A model generated the notes under the pieces. It was not told where the DNA came from, did not search any database, and saw only the letters and a program-made list of their open reading frames with translations. A stretch of DNA of 32,000 nt from positions 150,001 to 182,000 of the forward strand of contig NZ_CP015137.1 in assembly GCF_001644705.1 (NCBI RefSeq), read 5' to 3'. The DNA comes from Dickeya solani IPO 2222 (GTDB lineage Bacteria; Pseudomonadota; Gammaproteobacteria; Enterobacterales; Enterobacteriaceae). Below are positions 28,639-32,000 of this stretch, piece after piece. The translations under genes were made by a program, and so were the position numbers. The number at the start of each line of letters is the position of its first letter. Position 1 is the stretch's first letter.

Positions 28639-31428
28639 TTATTTTTTTGTAAAACATCCAGAAATAGGCAAACGAGAAATATATAAATACTTATCTCTCG
28701 AAGGTGTGTTACTTTCATGAATTGGTTCAGGTGCCAGATCACCTTGATCTGGTATATTTTTAATTTCATTAATAGAATACAAGCCATCCAATAACCCAGT
28801 AGATAAAATCGCCTGATAGAGTTTTTCTCGATCTGATTTTCCTTCCCCATTAATCTTTAGCAAAGAAACATCACTCCCACCCTCTTTACTTTCCTTACAA
28901 AAAGATGATGGATTTAGATCAGGTAATAAAAATGGCAACATCAATGGACATCGAATAATTGCACTAGTTACAGGAAGTAAATCAAGAAATTTCTTGCCTT
29001 CACTCTCAGCACTCTTAATTAAATCAGCAACGCGATTTATATTATTAACTAATTCCCTTGGGGAAGTGGCCGTGTTTTTAGCAGAATAAAACCTCTCCAC
29101 AAGTTTATCAGGTATATTTTGACTATAGTAAACCTCTTCTATCATAAAGGCATTTATTACCCCGAAGACAAAAAAGGAGAACAAATGACCGAGAAGAATA
29201 TCTTCTTTGTCAGGCACACCCGGATATGAAAATTTACTACTAGCAGAATCTTTGGAAGCAGACAGCAACGTGTATTGTACTCTTTCCCATACTTTTCCCA
29301 TCAGTAACGAGGAGCAGGTTAATTTGCTCATTCCTTTCCACGAATTGATTTTATTGTTTAAAATTTTTATAAATCCATCCTCTGAATATTGCGCACTCCC
29401 TTCACTACCATCATCACCTTCTTCATCCTCTGTCTCCTTTTGTCTATTCAAAAATGCCGGGTAACCAAACGTCAGCACAGAAATAAAACGCTCAATTGAA
29501 TAATCAACATTTTCGTCCAGCAACCGTGCCATCACTGCCAGCAAGCTAAAAACAGAAATATAATCTCTTTTTTCCGCTCCTTCCTGAACACTGTTTGATG
29601 ATACCAAAATAGTTACTGCCGCGACCACATCAACATAATTTCTATCAACTTCTCCTAAATTTCTGGAAAGCCAGTCCAGCGAACTTATCACGTCCTCTTT
29701 TTTCCATTCCGTTATTTTTTCAAAACCAGACTCATCAAACTTTTCGCTTCTCCTTCTGTTAACCTTTATCACCCCACCATGGATTTGCTTTAATTTTTTA
29801 TCATTTCCATGAAAAATAATCGGGTTAAAATGTGCTGCCACACCAGTAACGCTTTCACCACGGGTTAACCCAAGATACTCAATGTATGCCCTTGGCAGGT
29901 TACTTTCTCCATTCTCTTTTTCAGCCAGATAATGCATATAGAGATTGGCTGGCATCGCACTGGTTAACATGAAGGTCAGGGCATTTGATAATGTATTTCT
30001 CTCCAATAACCGGCTAACTAGCATTGCCAGATACATTTTGACAGCGTTATAGGCATTATTGTCATTATCGGGGCGTAAATAAAACCCGGTTTCCAGATCG
30101 CCGTGCTGATGACATAAGCTAAATATCTCACAGGCAATTTTATTAACATCTTTGCCACCTTCCTCCAATAAATAATCACCAGCACCTTTCTCAATTATTT
30201 CATGAATAAAAAGACGTTTTAATGCAGAGATTACCGTATCTGATAATTCAGGAGATTTGAGCAATTTACCTTCTTGATTAACGAGTATCATTTTTAACAA
30301 CTGAACGACAGTTCGTATTGGCTGAGAGAGAATAAAATTATGATAATATTTTTGCTGTGTATCTTTAATCTTTAACGTAAGAGAAATAATATCAAACAAG
30401 AGATCTGGTGATTTTTCACCAGCACTCTGTTCAGAGTCATCAATACCTTGGTACACCTTACCATTTTTTGAAAAAAGCACTTTTCCATTTTTATTTTCAA
30501 ATAACTGAATTAACAATTGTAAGTCGATGCGCTGATAGGCCGGTAAAATTTTTGCCATATATTGTTGGGTTAAATTGCTTACCAAATCCTTGGTCTCTTT
30601 TTCATCATTACCCTGTTTACCACCAGACTGTAATTCAAGTTGTTTTTGGTTTTTTACAATATGGTTATATAACCTTAAGTCACCTGAGATCAGCACAACC
30701 ACTCTGGGGTGGTTCAAATAGCGGCGAATAGTTTCCAGTACCTCATAAGCTTTTTTGGTATGGGTATCAACATCATCAATGGCAATAATAAACAATTTTT
30801 TATTTAAAATTTTGGCAACTGCATTAATAAAGTAATGCAACCGCTCTTCCAAATACTGCCCACTTTTAGCACTTTTAAGCGCCTGATTTAAAAACCAGCC
30901 ATCATCATGTTTGTCATGGTTTGTTTTATGGTGACTGGCTAGTTTCAGCCCTTCCGCCATTTCTTCAAGACATTTATTCAGTCGCTGACTTTTCTCTTCA
31001 TCCGCACAATAGTTAAGCTTGCTGTCATATAGCTGCTTAAATTTCACGACAATATCAATCAGAATATTTTGATGAGTTTCAATTAAGGTCGGGTCTATAA
31101 AAGCCAGTGGGCAAATACCATCACTATTATTTTTTTCCTCAGAGTAGAAATCCAACATCGCTCTTAGGAATGTAGTTTTACCGGTGCCGCGCTGACCATT
31201 AATAAAAATGGTATTGTTACTGCGAAATATATTATTTAGCAATTTATCACTATTCGGTTGACATGATTTCGCTTCACTATAGTTTTCCAGGTTTTTAACA
31301 AAACCTCTCAGTAACTTCTCCAATTGCGCTTTCGCTGCATATTGCAGCATGGTGCTTTCATCGTATCGATTTAAATCAAATACATTATCGAGATCAATAA
31401 TAATCTCACTAATATTATTATCACTCAT
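28639..31428 (-). CDS. rdrA: Large P-loop NTPase (KAP/AAA+-like); RADAR RdrA-like ATPase candidate
   Basis: The ORF encodes 929 aa. A GGAG SD lies 5 nt upstream of ATG 31428. Walker A FINGQRGTGKTTFL places G78-T85 at nt 31197..31174. Walker B KLFIIAIDDVDTH spans aa 211-223. A roughly 700-aa C-terminal region has no motif I recognise, apart from an acidic loop ETEDEEGDDGSEGSAQYSEDG (aa 665-685). The gene is very AT-rich with K/N/I/L-rich codon usage, unlike its neighbours. The symbol is assigned from architecture only. Confidence 0.75.
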   Translation of the reverse strand: MSDNNISEIIIDLDNVFDLNRYDESTMLQYAAKAQLEKLLRGFVKNLENYSEAKSCQPNSDKLLNNIFRSNNTIFINGQRGTGKTTFLRAMLDFYSEEKNNSDGICPLAFIDPTLIETHQNILIDIVVKFKQLYDSKLNYCADEEKSQRLNKCLEEMAEGLKLASHHKTNHDKHDDGWFLNQALKSAKSGQYLEERLHYFINAVAKILNKKLFIIAIDDVDTHTKKAYEVLETIRRYLNHPRVVVLISGDLRLYNHIVKNQKQLELQSGGKQGNDEKETKDLVSNLTQQYMAKILPAYQRIDLQLLIQLFENKNGKVLFSKNGKVYQGIDDSEQSAGEKSPDLLFDIISLTLKIKDTQQKYYHNFILSQPIRTVVQLLKMILVNQEGKLLKSPELSDTVISALKRLFIHEIIEKGAGDYLLEEGGKDVNKIACEIFSLCHQHGDLETGFYLRPDNDNNAYNAVKMYLAMLVSRLLERNTLSNALTFMLTSAMPANLYMHYLAEKENGESNLPRAYIEYLGLTRGESVTGVAAHFNPIIFHGNDKKLKQIHGGVIKVNRRRSEKFDESGFEKITEWKKEDVISSLDWLSRNLGEVDRNYVDVVAAVTILVSSNSVQEGAEKRDYISVFSLLAVMARLLDENVDYSIERFISVLTFGYPAFLNRQKETEDEEGDDGSEGSAQYSEDGFIKILNNKINSWKGMSKLTCSSLLMGKVWERVQYTLLSASKDSASSKFSYPGVPDKEDILLGHLFSFFVFGVINAFMIEEVYYSQNIPDKLVERFYSAKNTATSPRELVNNINRVADLIKSAESEGKKFLDLLPVTSAIIRCPLMLPFLLPDLNPSSFCKESKEGGSDVSLLKINGEGKSDREKLYQAILSTGLLDGLYSINEIKNIPDQGDLAPEPIHESNTPSRDKYLYISRLPISGCFTKK

Positions 31429-31491
31429 AACTGCTCCATGACATTAAATTATATTAAAATAATAAAAAATAATCCGGTTTGACGGCCGAAG

Positions 31492-31519
31492 TTATTACAC
31501 TCAGACAAATGAATGTCAA
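31492..31519 (-). promoter_or_regulatory. Candidate sigma70 promoter of the rdrA-rdrB-like operon
   Basis: On the minus strand a consensus -35 TTGACA (31519..31514) is followed by a 16-nt spacer and a -10 TAATAA (31497..31492). This predicts a 5' UTR of roughly 55 nt in AT-rich DNA. No transcription start site data are available. Confidence 0.45.
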
Positions 31520-31578
31520 TAAAAGCAAGAAAGACGGTAAGCGATATTACTAACCGGATGACAGCGATGTGATGGAAT

Positions 31579-31604
31579 TAAAAAAGCCGGGGTATTTCCC
31601 GGCT
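31579..31604 (-). terminator. Rho-independent terminator of pepN
   Basis: On the minus strand AGCCGGG-AAATAC-CCCGGCT (31604..31585) is followed by TTTTTT, seen as the A-run 31580-31585 on the + strand. It lies 46 nt downstream of the pepN stop. Confidence 0.7.
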
Positions 31605-31650
31605 TCACAAATAACCTGCACAGATAACGCATCCGTGCTTTTCTTTGCGC

Positions 31651-32000
31651 TTACGCTTCCAGCGCCTTGGTGATCTTCTCGAACAGATCGCCCGACAGGT
31701 TTTCCAGCCCTTTCAGCGTTTCCAACGCCTGACGCATCAGCGCCTGACGGCCGCTGTCGTAGCGTTTGAGACGAATCAGCGGTTCAATCAGGCGGGAAGC
31801 CACCTGTGGGTTGCGGGTGTTCAGATCGCTGAGCATCTCCGTCAGGAACTGATAGCCGCTGCCGTCTACCGCGTGGAATGCCGACGGGTTGCCCGCACAG
31901 AACGAGCCGACCAGCGAGCGCAGACGGTTGGGGTTGTTCAGGCTGAAGGAGCGGTGGTTGAGCAATTCACGCACCCGGTTCACCACGTCGCTGGCCGGGC
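31651..32000 (-). CDS. pepN: Aminopeptidase N, C-terminal about 115 aa only; the 5' end runs off the window
   Basis: ...RSFSLNNPNRLRSLVGSFCAGNPSAFHAVDGSGYQFLTEMLSDLNTRNPQVASRLIEPLIRLKRYDSGRQALMRQALETLKGLENLSGDLFEKITKALEA matches the recalled C-terminus of E. coli PepN. The frame is open to the window edge. The M at 31986 in the track is an internal codon. Confidence 0.93.
   Translation of the reverse strand, partial: PASDVVNRVRELLNHRSFSLNNPNRLRSLVGSFCAGNPSAFHAVDGSGYQFLTEMLSDLNTRNPQVASRLIEPLIRLKRYDSGRQALMRQALETLKGLENLSGDLFEKITKALEA

Noticed and set aside
28551-28850. A 99-aa minus-strand ORF spanning the junction of the two island genes
   Set aside because: It is out of frame with, and almost entirely overlapped by, the 3' end of the ATPase ORF and the 5' end of the deaminase ORF. 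It is a product of the AT-rich sequence and has no independent SD.
26100-31660. A search for island boundary signatures (direct repeats, inverted terminal repeats, att sites, tRNA fragments) and for extra small genes such as an rdrC/rdrD, SLATT or toxin-like ORF
   Set aside because: I found none by eye. Only trivial 13-14-codon ORFs occur in 31429-31650. A computational repeat search is still needed before concluding that these signatures are absent.

Overview
This window comes from a GC-rich member of the Enterobacterales; the species cannot be resolved by eye. Most of it is conserved housekeeping DNA. The gene order matches two E. coli K-12 neighbourhoods as I recall them. The first is ydiJ / ydiK-rprA / ppsA / ppsR-aroH. 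The second is rmf-pqiCBA-uup-rlmL / ycbX / zapC / pyrD / ssuEADCB / pepN. Three real features are missing from the supplied ORF track. ydiJ runs off the left edge, rmf is only 55 aa, and rprA is an sRNA. Many long ORFs in the track are antisense shadows of GC-rich genes.

The standout is an AT-rich insertion of about 5.4 kb (roughly 26147-31578). It sits exactly between the convergent terminators of ssuB and pepN. It carries a two-gene minus-strand operon. The first gene encodes a 929-aa P-loop ATPase with Walker A and Walker B motifs in its first ~220 aa. The second encodes an 817-aa protein with the complete adenosine-deaminase catalytic motif set, expanded by large insertions. An ATPase followed by an adenosine deaminase is the defining architecture of the RADAR (rdrA-rdrB) anti-phage defence system. 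I call it a RADAR-type candidate on motifs and architecture only, because no homology search could be run.

Secondary observations:
- ERIC-like repeats bracket pyrD, and one abuts the ssuE ribosome-binding site.
- Tandem short repeats lie in the rlmL-ycbX promoter region.
- Putative RcsB, Cra and PurR operators are present.
- There are several hairpin terminators.
- The window shows synteny junctions relative to E. coli K-12.

I saw no tRNA, rRNA, CRISPR array, integrase or transposase.
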